Assembly (NCBI GenBank): GCA_965649765.1
Contig: OZ287756.1
Coordinates: forward strand, 66,898,001 to 66,962,000
DNA from: Bispira polyomma
Taxonomy: Eukaryota
Length of the DNA: 64,000 nt
Direction of reading: 5' to 3'
Within the stretch, counting starts at the first letter, position 1. Each line of letters opens with the position of its first letter. Made by a program: the position numbers and the translations under genes. Positions 11,841 to 25,300 of the stretch are shown piece after piece. The notes beneath the pieces are model-generated. The model had not been told where the DNA came from and searched no databases. It was given only the letters and a program-made list of their open reading frames with translations.

Positions 11841-13810
11841 GGTTGCAAGGAAGGAACATACATAAAATACTTGAATAACACAAACAATAATTTACTTAGT
11901 TTACACTTCTTAAATAAACAAAAAGTCCATAATGTATCTATAATTTACCTTTAATTATGTGTCCCAAATCCCAGTTACCACAATGCAAAAGCTTTGTTTG
12001 GGACCACCTTGATTATTGTAGCTGTGCTTTTGGAATTTATCCAAATCACAGACGAAAAAATTGTATGGCTCAAGATATCACTAAAACAAAGCTTATTTCA
12101 ACTCCCTCATCATTATTCGTTCTTTTCTGATGGCATGGTTAATGTCTACATGATGAATTACATTGATTGGTGAATCATATGATCCACTCTCATTGTGATT
12201 TTATACAAGAAAAGCATAAGTTACATCAGTAGAGAATTGCAATTAACAGTTTGCACTCTTATCCAGTATCGTATTATTTATAATTTATGACATGCGCTCA
12301 AACTTAAGCGCTTGCTAGAACATGTTCTACAATTTAACTAAACCTCTAGGTGTGTAAACTGGTAATGTAGGGTAGTAATTCAAGTGTAGCCAGTATTAAT
12401 AACTTAATAGCTTATCAGCTTAATTGGAATAGAGAACATAATTTCAAGTCATCTGAACATTACACAAAAATACTGGATAATAATTAGAGAGGGGTTATTC
12501 ATAGTAAAGATACCATCATAGTTAGCAATATTACAGATTTACTATTCATGCGTGATACAAGAAATACTGGATCAAAAGTAGATGAACGCAATCACATATT
12601 GAATTTATATAAATCTGTTACTAAACGATGACAATGGTAATATTTATGCACTGAATTTTGTAAATTTATCATTTTCCAGTCTAAGTAATTTAATTGATTT
12701 TATCACTTTGTAGTAACCGTGTCCTTCAATTTGTATTCCACTAGTAACTGATACAAACCCTGGGTTTTAACAAAAAATATATTCACCATTCATACATCGG
12801 TTATTAATTATTTGTTTAAGATCATATTTTCCACCTGTGTTAAGCTTTCTGGATAATGATATATGCAAGCATTGTGGTTCTTGGGATAGCTGAGTAGTGT
12901 TCCTGCGTCCGGTTTTTATGCTCTTGGGTGTTGTCAAGGCTGATGTGTATACTTTGGTGACGCGGGGTCCGGTGGGCGCCAACCTCCCCCCTTTTTGGTA
13001 TGGCTCCCACCCCATCTTAGCTGATGATCTGTATGTTCTCTGCAAGAAAAATCACAAAGTAACTGTTATAAGTGGCAATGCCTGATTACCTTTAAGGGTA
13101 TGTTCTCTGTTATATCTGTTATAACCGACAATGCCTGACTTTAGGGTATGTTCTTATTTAGAGTAAGGGTATTGTAAGGTCATGTAAGGATGGGTAATAT
13201 TAAGGCCTTAGATGAGTTTAAGGCCACCTTAAACAGTACATGTTATCATTGTAGTTATTATCTCAATATTTTAATAATCATAATGTAGTCTAGTAACTTG
13301 GATGTGCACATATTTGTTAGTATAAGTTTTATTAATTATAAAAATATAATTTCCCGCTTTGCTTTCACTGTGTCCTTGGGTTGTGACCTTCTGTGACATG
13401 GAAATGTTATTCCTTCATGTATAATAAACACTGTAAAAACTTGACATCTAGAAAGAATGGCTAATATTTTATGGTAAATAATCACCGAGAGTTATGTTGT
13501 AATCACATTTATTTATACAGGTATTTGCAGTTGTATGTGTACATTTTGATGGAGACTCGGTTAATAAGGTCCTCCTGTAAAACTGCGTCATAAATAAACC
13601 ACTTCATATGTAAATACGAATACCGGGTAACATATCATGGGTTTATATGTAAACAAATTAGAACTAAACAATATACTGTATTTGTATTGTAGATAGCATT
13701 GTTACAACTTAAAATCATTTGATTATTTGTTCAACCATTCATGTCTGGTAAAATTTAGTATTTCAGTAAATTATAAGCACAATTAGGGCTGGATACAATT
13801 AAAAAAATGA

Positions 13811-14020
13811 TTATTGTTAACCTCGCCCTTTGAAAGAGGTTGTTGTTTTCGGTCTGTGTGTTTGTCTGTGTGTGTGTGTGTGCCATTATCACACAAAATC
13901 TACCCTATGAAATGCATTAAAATTTACAGATCTGTTTCAAAATGGGGACCTCTACATTTGTACTACATTTCAATCAAATTGGTTATGAACTGTAGCTTTA
14001 AGACAAGATTCCATTTTTAA
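13811..14020 (+). mobile_element. 5' part of a non-autonomous Helentron-like (HINE-type) repeat
   Basis: ttattgttaacctcgcc...gaggttgttgttttcggtctgtgtgtttgtctg(tg)n resembles the typical 5' end with microsatellite. Matching 3'-end-type motifs (gc(g/a)gaggtatgcact) occur at ~15868 and ~39900-39936. Confidence 0.45.
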
Positions 14021-14317
14021 ATACAAAAGTACCACTAAAGATCTGTTTACTTTTAGCCATATATAAGAAACGAAGACAGCGTTCGACAAACCGAAGCTGC
14101 ACCGACTCCGAGATCGGTGATCATTTGCATACAGCAATCACCGAAGACACCGCTCGGGAATCTATGACCTAATTTGCATAAATCGAACACCGCTCAGCAA
14201 TGGAAGCTACACTGACTCCGAGATCGGGGACGTATACGAAATATGATGACGTCGTCACACGTCATGAACACAAAAATGGCGATAAGTAAATATTTCTAAA
14301 AATTAAATAGAAATAGG

Positions 14318-14561
14318 GTATATATTTGACATAACCCTATATTCATATTTTAAAGGGAAATACACCTTACATGTGATAAAATGGACTGTTTCTGGCTGAT
14401 ATACTCCATATATTATATAGGGATGTACACTACCATTAGTGCTAGTTTGTGATGTCATATCGGGGTAAATATATGGCGTATATCAGCCAGAAACTGCTTA
14501 TTTTATTGCAAGGTGTATTTTACTTCAAAATATGAAGTTAGGGTTATTATGTTATATATAC
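14318..14561. mobile_element. Fold-back MITE with ~95-bp inverted arms
   Basis: Left arm (ataaccctat..ttcatattttaaag..aaatacacctt..gtttctggctgatatactccatatatt) is the reverse complement of 14468-14561. A further partial arm lies at 14580-14618. Confidence 0.8.
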
Positions 14562-17500
14562 ACACCAATTCCATAGCCGTAAAATGGGTCGTTTCTGGCT
14601 TATATACTCCATATATATACATTCCTCTTCTAAAATTAAATACAAATGGTACACCTCACTCTAACCCCAATTGCCAATTTGCTAGTCCGTGATTGAAATT
14701 CCATGCATGGTTTTGCAGTCTCTGACTGCTATCTAACTTGGTACTTATTGTTTTGTAAGTCTATGTATATGTGGGCACATATCACTATAATAAAAAAAAA
14801 AATTCAATATAATCAGGACGCTTTTTAAATATTTTTTTTAATAGGATTCTTATGTAATATAATAATTTAGTGCACCTTGCTTGTTCATTATAATTGTAAC
14901 TTGTAATTGTCATAATTTGGCACTAGTATTTGTATTAACATTTAGTCATCTTAATTGTACCAGCACGTTCTTGGTGTTTTTATTGTGTTATATATTACCA
15001 TACAAAAACTGTAAGTGTAATGTTATGGTAAAATGTACTAATACAATTAATTTGCAATTTGATTGGATTTCAACACCTCCAGCTTTTAGACCTGGGAGTT
15101 CTAGTTCTAACTCAGACAGATGGAATCAAAGGATTTGTCACAAAATTATAGCATTACCTTGTGTACATCATGCACCAATAATAACATATATATTCACCAA
15201 TTTGGGTCATGTCGTCAGTAATACCATCCCGACACCAACCAACTCGTCACCACTAATACCAACTACTCACCATCAAAACACCAAGTCATCAAATAAATGG
15301 CACTCATCACGAAGATGAGCAATGTGATAATTACACTTCTACAGTCAAATAATTCTTTCACTTCATATACATACATACTTTTTATTAAGCATCCGATTTG
15401 GATTTAATATCTGATACAGAGCAGTAAAAAATTTACAAAACAATATTTTTCAGTTTGGAGGCCATTATTCCGGGTTCTGCCACTTTGGCCGTCCATTACT
15501 CTATTGAGAAGTTTCTCCGTGTCGGGATTTTATCCACTGTTATACACTGCTATGCATCTTAATTGAATCAATGTTGTGAAACTGCAATGCTTTTCGAAAA
15601 TTATTATGTGGTAAAATGATGAAGCTTGTATTACATGTTATGTAAGTTATTTGAGAGTTGTTCCAAATAATTACCTTGTAAATTGTAAAGTGACACAGTA
15701 AACAAGACATCTGTCTTATATTTACACCCATGTCCTTTTCACAAAGTTATAGTTACAGACCAAAATGATGAACCAATTCAACTTATAAAAATGATGGAGG
15801 TGTTTTTTGTAACAAATCTGTGTAGAAGGAACGTTCCTTTCACTGTTTTCACATTGTGGCGCCTCAGCGGAGGTATGCACTAGCTTTAGTGTCTTTATCA
15901 TGTTTGTTTAGGTTTTATATTTCTGCGAATGATCAAGAGTTTATATAACTCAATAGATAATCTTACAGGTATATTCCTTCTTCCCATATTAAAACCACCA
16001 CAGTCATAGATCACAAACCAACATAATTATTGTGTTCTAAAAGCTTTTTTCTATGGCATTAACCTTGTAGATGCCTTATTATTTTCACAAGGACACATTA
16101 TAATTCATGAATTTAGCTTTTTGCTACTCTTTTCAATTACCGATTGACCTTCTTTTGGAATCAACCAAATTTTTTTTTGTATGCGAGTGTGGGGCTAAAG
16201 AAAGAGGGTAGGGGGTACATATGAAAAAGCACTCCACTAAATTGAGTCCATTTAGACTTGACACACGGATGTGAAACTCTTTTATTGGATATATTTTCTG
16301 ATATTTATGGCTATGTACTAACTGTCCTGTGTTAACTAACCTACATATATCCGCATGAATTACTGGTTTAGCGGAAACAAGTAGGCTGATGAATTAATCA
16401 AATAATTGAACATTTTTTTTTTGTTATCTATTTATTTTAGTTTTTTTGGAGGGGGGGGGGGGGGGGTCGATTACAAGTTTTAAAATACTGTCAGATTTAC
16501 ATTTCTGTAGGGACACATACAGTATTTCCGAAATGTTGGAAAGTTTGCAAGGTAGAAGCACAAATATAAATAACTTTATCAGGCTACATAGAACAATATC
16601 ACATAATTGAATAATGAATCTATTCTGCACCAAGTGAACTTTACAGCTCAGTGCGTGAATTTTCAGTCCATTGTGTCATGCCAACTTTTTACATACATTA
16701 CCCAATTATATGGTATGAAAGCAAATGGTATTATATTGTATGGTATTAAATCATGTTTAATTTTACAATTTAATAAATAAGTCATTAGTACATGAATAAC
16801 TGGAATCTTAAACAAGTGTCAGACACAGACTACGTTAGAGAGTCTTATATCAGACAAGGTAACAGTAGGAGATCTAGTTCCATATAGTCACCACAAATTC
16901 TGGCATATCAACATCAGAGAAATTTAGCTAGAAATACATTTTTTTGTAGGAATTTTACTGGCATTCATTAGTTCACTGTAGATTGTTTTATCTTACAGTA
17001 TAGTTATATTTTAAGTACAGATAACAAGTATAAATTTTAACTGGCAATTCTTGTTTTACTCAAGTCAAAATGGGCCAAAAATAATATTAAAAGGTAAACT
17101 TAATTCTATGTGGAACAAAATCCAGTAATACACCTTATGCACATCTATATGTATGCATCAATACACATACACATATGTGTCCTTGACATGTTTAATAACT
17201 ATCAAAGTGGCATCACTTCTCCCCAAATCACTATACCAAACTTAAACCTATATATGTACATATGATTTGTGTCAATATTAGTATAGGCTCCCTTTACAAA
17301 CATCTTTATGTACAAAACCTTACTTTTGATAGGTAGCTTGTTGGGTGTCTATTAACACTCATTTCTCTAATTATGTTAAATTATAACATATACACCTATG
17401 TTTACATGTAATCCCTGAGTCGCATTTACACGAATGGATGCCCCAAATGTTTTAACAAAGTTCATCTGTGTCAAAAACTTGTTAATGGCCTAGTCTCATT

Positions 17501-17691
17501 AACATGTACCTATATGGCTATTTGTGGAGTTGAACAAATGAATGTTACATAAATGGAGTGGCCGATCTGTCTGAACATTTTCCTCCGATATCACATTTGT
17601 ATTTCACTTTTTATATCACTTGGCATGTCTGGTACCAGAAGGTGTTACTTGGAAACGGATGGGAATAGTTGAAAATAGGGTGAAAGATTTA

Positions 17692-18100
17692 TGTGGCAGT
17701 TACACTGTCCAAGTTCTCACAACGTTTATACCAGTTTACTTCCGATCATTAGAACTTGGCTGGTCGGGAGAGAATGGCGAGAAAATGTTCATTTGTATTT
17801 GCATGTATTTGCATGCAGATTTCACCAGTTTTTGACAAATTTATTCCCAGACCTGACCAGATCTAAGACGTTCATTACACGTTCATGTAACGTTTGCTCT
17901 ACATTAAACCAAATTAATTCAGTTCTGGCCAGATCACACACGTTTTAAACAGTTCAAAGTTGGCTCTGTCTCCTGTTATTGCCGATCTCACCCTTTTAAG
18001 CCCAGTTTATGCCTAGATGTTAGACGTTTCCTCCAGTACACACAGGTTCTCAGAACGGTGCTTGAATGGTCCCGAGAACGGTAACAGTGTGACTGCCACA
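17692..18100. mobile_element. MITE with 17-bp TIRs, PIF/Harbinger-like
   Basis: tgtggcagttacactgt ... acagtgtgactgccaca (16/17 match), flanked by TTA and TAA; subterminal short repeats (aagtt/cgtt/cgat). Confidence 0.8.
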
Positions 18101-19879
18101 TAACTGTACTGATACTTAAATACTCAGAATCGGGCAGACACACCAGATTATTGTGACACAAGTGTAGCAGTAGTGAATAGGCAATATTTGGAAACCTGCA
18201 GAAGGTTTGGAAAGGAAGCTAAGTTAGAATAGGTAGATTGATATTGGGTCCTAATAACTTCTTCAACCACCCCTTAATATCGTCATAGCGAGAACGTCAC
18301 TTTCAGAAAAGCATACCAAGGTGAAATGTATGAAGTCCTAGTATTTGTGAAGAAATATTCTATGGACTTTAAAACAAATTTTAATAATTGCCTAGAACGT
18401 CATAGATTTAATTTGGAACATCACTGATCTGGCTATTATTCCAAACTTTAAGACTTACAATTCAGGGACAGGCTGAAAGACATTGTGGCTCAAATGACCA
18501 CTTAAAATGGCGGTCAATGGGTCACTAACCCCAATAGTCACGTAAAATAACATTTGAATTTAGTTTGGTTGGGTTTTAGAAGTAATTGAGGTGAATTGGG
18601 GGTTATATGTTTTTTAACAACTTCTAAGCAGGCGACTCTAACCACATGGCCACTCTGGCCAAAAACTTTGGAAATGTGTTGATATAAATGGTGCCATCCT
18701 CAATCCTCTGTCTTCAGTTAAGGGGAATGACAGTTACTGGGGCTAGTTGGCTGTATTTGTCCAGTCAAGTCATATTATCACCTTGGATCCAAGTAATATA
18801 TTTAAATATAAATAGGGATACAAGGTCATTTTAAAATGAAAAGTTTGAATTTAGTCGGTAATCAAGACAGCAATGACATAAATATTCATTTAAGTACACA
18901 CGTTGAAACTCCTTACAATTACACAGTTGGTACATATCATTAAAAAATAAATGCATGTTCATTTAAATGTTTTGGTGCAAAGCGACCAAAGTACCAACTG
19001 CATATTTTACAACAAGTTAAATTGTATCATTAAAATATAAATATATATATTTTGTAGATTTGTCAAAGTGTGTATTCTATGTAGTTACTGTGGTTGTTTA
19101 TTTCTGTTAGTGATTTCCTGATACGTGTTCAATTACTGTACACAATGGGATTAAAATATATGAAATAAAATAAATTTAGAGCAAAAATGTTTCTGTATAT
19201 TCAGAAATATTAGCAATATTTAGTTATGCTTATAAATATGCCATTGTTGTTCTAAATAAAACCAACACAAAACCCAGTCAATGACAATTTATGTATTTTA
19301 TCAGGTGCAGCCTGGTATTGTTTTATTTCTGAAAAGGGCGCCGGCATTTCAAAAATAATATGTTCGGCCCTTATTGATTCATCAGAAGTATTCGACTCGA
19401 CCAGACAGAGGGGTGTCAGCCTATGGTCAAGTAAAACAGGTGATTTGCCTGCTGGTAATAGTTCTTCTGTTTCGTATCCAGCGTGGAAATGAGTGACTGG
19501 ATAACTTTTCGACATATTCATATGTCACACTGGCATATAGTAGCCATATCAACAGTAGTATACTTCACACTGTGTGCCTTTTTAAAATACAATTCTTGTT
19601 TTGTTTACCTAAAGTTATAATAATTTGTTTACTTCTTGGCAGCTAAAGTACAGCCAAAGAGAACCAACTGACACTCCCTTGACAACATATTTATAGCAAT
19701 GCCCTAAGGCTTCCTTGGTCTGACCACTAAGGAGAAGATCCAAACACATTTATTTGAACCCTTTCCACCACAAGGTGAAACTATTACCAGGAACAAAAGG
19801 AAATTGTTCTTGTAATAGGTTACACATTGGTCACTGGAACACAAAGTACAGACTATTTTCGGCATTTAATAATGATGAC

Positions 19880-20056
19880 GCATATCATTGTTTGAATGTG
19901 GGATTATGCTATACCAATAATTTGCTATTGCAAAGAACTGAAGGAAAATAGATAAATACTTTTGGGTGCATGTCACTGTTTGAATGTGGGATTATGCTAT
20001 ACCAATAATTTGCTATTGCAAAGAACTGAAGGAAAATAGATAAATACTTTTGGGTG
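19880..20056. repeat. 88-bp tandem duplication
   Basis: tgtttgaatgtgggattatgctataccaataatttgc...ttttgggtg present twice, near identical. Confidence 0.97.
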
Positions 20057-22306
20057 TCGACGACTTGCCGAAAGATGTAGGTTATGAATGTAAAATAAAA
20101 TATACCGTTGACTGCTATTCAACAACCTAGGGGTTAAAAGAGTTAAATATCCACCAAAACTTCATTGTTCCCAGATTTAAACCTACGCCCCTGTATCAAC
20201 CGCTTTTCGACAGTTGTAGGCATTATAAAAGTGTGCATAAATGTAGCCCAATCATTTGAACAAAAGCAAATGTAAATAATTCATACATATATAGAATACA
20301 GCTAGATAATTGACCTACTATTTGATGTTTTTTCTTGATTTATTTTATTCGTACACTCAGTACAATAACATGTATAAAAGACAAACAAAAAACAATAAAA
20401 TAACTCTAATTAGGATTATATTAACTAAAGATCCAATATATGTACAAAACAATAACTTATTATGTCTTATACTTAATCAGTGCCTAAATAATGTATTAAT
20501 TCATCAAGTTTGTGTCTATAATACAGTAAATGGTGAATTTGCCTTAGTAATAACATATAATAATATGTATTACCATTTATTGAGAGACAGACACATAACT
20601 TTTTCATAAGCCACAAGTGGCTGTCTGGGTCTAGCATTTAATCAATTGTATGATGTGTTTATATTTACCAGGTGAGAGAAGAATAAAACTCCATCTGTTT
20701 AATTGTTGTCATTTATGATCATACATTGTAACGCATCAGATGCCAGCTTATGTTTGCTTTTTTCTGCCAAATTCATATACTATAAATTAAAAGTTTTTAA
20801 AGATGAAACTACATCGAGTCAGTCTGTCAACAACAAAAAGACACGTGAAAGCTATAGAGACAAAATTACTTTGAGTCCTGAAAAAACTGCCATACATATT
20901 GAACTCAATTACTTCTTCAAAACACCCCCTCTCCTCCCCAATTCCATTCACAACCTGGCTAATTCAGTACTTTTTTGGTTACAAATATCCTTTTGAAGTT
21001 GCAGTGATTGTATCTACCACACAGTAAATCTATTACAATGACCCCTTTTTTTGGCGCCTGGCCCGAATTCCCACAGGACCCCCCTAGCTAAACACATTGC
21101 CTCCTTTAATATAAACACACACCTACACAAACACAGAGCCATACATACACTGTACATAATTTATAGGCGAACCATTAACCCTGAAATATTACATGTACTT
21201 TAATACATAACTCAGTTGAAAGGAATGGAACTCAATCTTCTTTGGTTAATGTTATTATTCCAGAAGGGAAATTTGAAAAAGAAAAAAACCTCATGAAATA
21301 ATCCAACATTCTCTTTTCTAAACGACTCATAATACTTTAATTACAAGATTGTGTTCACTCCAAAGTAATTTCTAAGTACATGTGCACTTAATTTTTTTTT
21401 TAGGATTAATATAATAACGTAAGAGAAACAAGAAGCGTCTTTTCAAAAGGACACATATGAACCCCCTCAGTTGTGGCCGGGTTGATCTCTTTTAACCAAT
21501 CAATCCATGACGGCCTTGCATATTATTTATCAGATGTTGGTGTCATTTTCATTAGCGGTGGCCTTTTTGGAATAGAACAATACGAGGCTGCACCGGATGA
21601 AAAGTAAACACCCTCATTCGATGTACCCAAATACATTAAGTCAAGTCATGTCCTTTTTTATATTGATCAAGTTATTATATCGATAACTCACAATAAATAT
21701 ATTGATCCTAAACAATAACAAAAATTATTGAGATACTAACTGAATCAATTTAGATACACATCTTTATTTATTGAGAAAGCTACTTAACAAATAGAATGAA
21801 AATGCTTTAAGAACTTTTAAGAGAGAGATCCTTTGCCCAAACTGTAAACTGAGAAAAATAACATGTCAACATAAATTTAAGACTGATTTAGAACTTTTTT
21901 TTTTTTAGGAAAGCCTATCTCTTGGATGTCATGTAATTGTGTTTTTTGTTGTTTCTTAATGTAGCAATTTGTCTGTCTAGTGTCTGTACACAGCCATTTA
22001 TGACTACTAATAGTGATGCTCGGACTTGTTTAATCAGTAACATACTCTGCATCCTCCAAGTTAACATAAGATCCATTGACAAGTTTCAAATGGAGCTTCA
22101 AACATCAGTTTTATGGCCAATGATTCTATTCTTGTTTGTCACTTTGTACCATCTGCTGAGACAGTTATGTTTTCAAGTTAATCTGTTTTGCTTATTTTAA
22201 GTCCACCTTGTCTACAAAGAAACAAACAAAACTGATCTACTTCAAATTTGTTAACTCGATAATGTAGGGCACACATAATAAGAACTAAGAATTAAAGTTT
22301 AAAGAC

Positions 22307-22626
22307 GATTCCAGGTTGAAGGATAGATCCAGGTTGAAGGGTGGATCCAGGTTGAAGGGTAGATTCAGGTGGAAGGGTAGATCTAGGTAGGAGGGTTGAT
22401 TCAGGTAGAAGGGTAGATCCAGGTGGAAGGGTAGATCTAGGTAGAAGGGTTGATTAAGGTAGAAGGGTAGATCTAGATAGGAGGGTAGATCTAGGTGGAA
22501 GGGTTGGTTCAGGTAGAAGGGTAGATCTAGGTAGAAGGGTAGATCCAGGTAGAAGGGTTGATTTAGGTTGAATGGTAGATCAAGGTAGAAGGGTAGATCT
22601 AGGTAGAAGGGTAGATCTAGGTAGGA
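22307..22626. repeat. 18-bp minisatellite (gatctaggtagaagggta), ~17.5 copies
   Basis: Read directly; purine-rich strand. Confidence 0.97.
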
Positions 22627-22859
22627 ATTTAAAATAAGGAAATAGTGAATGGACGAGGTATTAATGTTTTGTCTTTGTGCACTTTTAATTAATCAATACC
22701 CAAACTAGGATAACCTAAATATATAGATCTTTGCAAACTAGTGTAAGGCGACTATATACAAGGCAATGCTTTTCTGTAATGGTATTGGTAGTGAAAAAGT
22801 ATATGTATGCACCTTCATATGGTACTCATGAACTGAAACAGTCAACTACATCAAAAACT

Positions 22860-23120
22860 GTCATTCCCCTGACGAAGAGAGGTTCGAGGATGACCATTTA
22901 TCAACGTCCCCAAGTATATCTAGTCTGACACTGGGGATAGTATCCAGTGACAGAGGACCACCATTTTATAAAGTGGTCATCTGAGCCACTAAGCAAATGC
23001 ATGTTTACATCTTGCCTAAATTCATTAACCCACCAATTAAATTAGTGACTGGCATTGGAAGTAGAACGCCAGGACCTTAAGATCACCAGACTAACTCCTT
23101 TAAATACTCGGTCATGTGGA
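22860..23120 (-). mobile_element. tRNA-derived SINE, family 1
   Basis: Aligns with 55186-55415 (gaggatgaccatttatcaacgtcccc...cagtgacagaggacc...gagccacta). A 3' fragment lies on + at ~18665-18740. Confidence 0.8.
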
Positions 23121-23426
23121 ACCACACTATGGTATATTATTAAGAGAATGTAGACTTACATTACATGGCTATGTAAAACATTTTTGGTTATTTTACATGG
23201 TAAAATGATCTGAGTATTAGTAAATATATATCTATTTAAATGCAGTTTGCCCAGGTTGGTGAGATAAGTCAGAGGTAAGTATGTAAAGTAATGTGTTCAG
23301 GGGTCCAAATATAATGCTTCTAATTTGAGATATTTATTTCTGTACATGTTAGAGTATTATTTACAAGTAAAAGTAGGTTAAAAGTTTAAAAGTTCTAAGA
23401 TAAATTTTTAAAAGACCAAAGCCAAA

Positions 23427-23934
23427 CTATAAAAAATGAGGGATAGAGGCTGCAAAGGTGACTTGGACTGTGGAGGCTGCCTGTGAGGTTTTTTGAAGAT
23501 ATGTCCAGACAGCTGAGGATCTCCACAGTCCGTGTGACATGATGTTTTGTAAGGATATGTTATTGTTGAATGCAAATGTCGCCCCTGAACGTCTGAATGT
23601 TTGAAAAGTGTGAGATTTTTTAGGAATTCCTGAAAATGTGAGGACAGATGCCAAAGCAGAACGTATGTGTGTGTCTACAGTTGGTTAATATGGACGTGTG
23701 CAGGCAACAAATAATGGGTAAGTATCTGGAAGAGGCCTGGATTTTAAAAGCTGCTATTCAGGGCAAAGGTTTTTGTTGTCTAATAAAGGAATTTGTATGA
23801 TATGGACCTCACCTCTGGTTTGTAAGTTCTTTGCCCATTTAAGTATCACATGGGCCCCTGGTGGGCCAAATATCACGTCTTTTCTTAACAAGTGGGTGGC
23901 ATATGTTATCAAATTGGGCTCTAGGGTGGGGAAA
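23427..23934 (-). pseudogene. Tyrosine recombinase (catalytic half), element A
   Basis: HLLRKDVIFGPPGAHVILKWAKNLQ..IPLL..LCP; FRRSGATFAF..IMSHGLWRSSAVWTYL. N-terminal part deleted. Confidence 0.88.
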
Positions 23935-25300
23935 TTACATGGTAATGTTAAAGTTAAAAAAGTGAAGTGGGATATGATGCCACACAAACTCTTGTTTTAA
24001 CAATATATTTCTTTCCTTATCTGAGTAGTGGTCAGAGTATATTCTTGACAATGCGTCCGCTATACAGTTCTTTTCATGCTTAATGTGGTCAATTTGTAAG
24101 TTAATATTATATTGTGTTATAACAGCCATATGTTTTTAAGGCACAGGGCTAGAAATTCATCTTAGTCCTGTTGGAACCAACAACTAGTACCACAGCCATG
24201 TTGTCACAGAATATCTTGATTGTACTATGCGCCAACGGTTCGCCCCAGAGTTTAAGAGCTATTAGAATATTAAGCATCTCTATATGTATAATGGACATTT
24301 GACGGTCACTCACATTGTAGAGGGGGGAGGCATAAACCTGAATGTTGAAAATACCCCCTACACCTGTGAAACACGCATCTATATAGACAACGTTAGTTTC
24401 AATGTCGAGCTTTTCATTGTAAGTGATTCTGTTGTACTGTTTGAGGAAAACAACAAACCATGCAATATCTGCCCTCATGGCCTCTGTAATTTTGAATCGT
24501 TTCGCCTGGGCGTTACCTCGAAAGGCCATGAGAAGTCTGTTTGTGAAAGCCCTTGCAGGTTTCACACATTTGTGGATGTACAAAAGTTTGCCTAATTTGT
24601 CCTCAATTTTATCTTGTGTTATACTGATGGTGCCTTTAGGAATGTCTATGTCTATGCCTAAGCAAGTTACTCTGGTATTTGGAGCTGAAAGTTTGTCTGC
24701 ATTAATAGGAAGACCTAAAGAATCGACTAATTGGTATAAATCCTGAAACGCTTTCTCAGCTGTATCGCTGCTTGATATACCGACATAATCGTCGATATAA
24801 CAAAAGACCTGGTGGATTAATTTCTTCAAGGCATAAGCTATCATATCAGAACATCGCTGAAAAGCGGCCGAGCTGTGGACCCAGCCAAACGTGACTGCTG
24901 GATCCACATACTTTTCACCTTTAAAACATATGCCTAATTTGAGTGCGTCTATGGGGTCAACCCGCAAATTTCGAAACGCCCGGAGACGTCCAACTTAAAT
25001 ATCCTGCCACAGTACAAATTGAATGTTGTCAAATAGTTGCTTGTTGACATTATCGTTGACCAGTTTCCCCTGAGGGTATGACAAGTTAAGTAAGTTTCTT
25101 TCTCAAGATATTTAGTGAAGCAGGGTCATCCAAAGACAGGGGGAACCAAATTTTAAGTACTGGAGTAATAATTTATCTGGTTGGTCAATTAAAATTTTTC
25201 CTATTGGTCAATATTTAAAACCAGATATGAGGGGAGTGCGTGCCCATCTATAATTTGGGCACCCCCAGTCCTTAATAATGTTTGCTATTTTAGCCATCTG
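23935..25300 (-). pseudogene. Reverse transcriptase / RNase H, element A
   Basis: ORFs 24149-24967 and 23935-24129 carry YIDD and DIRS-type RNase H motifs; GCPNYRWARTPL at ~25250. Confidence 0.9.

Noticed and set aside
13015-13060. Hammerhead ribozyme (CTGATGA...GAAA)
   Set aside because: Stem II lacks the closing purine-pyrimidine pair and no stem I/III partners were found.
14881-15318. 145-aa ORF
   Set aside because: Non-ATG start, AT-rich low-information sequence, no recognisable domain or splice support.
19252-19521. 89-aa minus ORF
   Set aside because: No recognisable family; overlaps a repeat-like segment.
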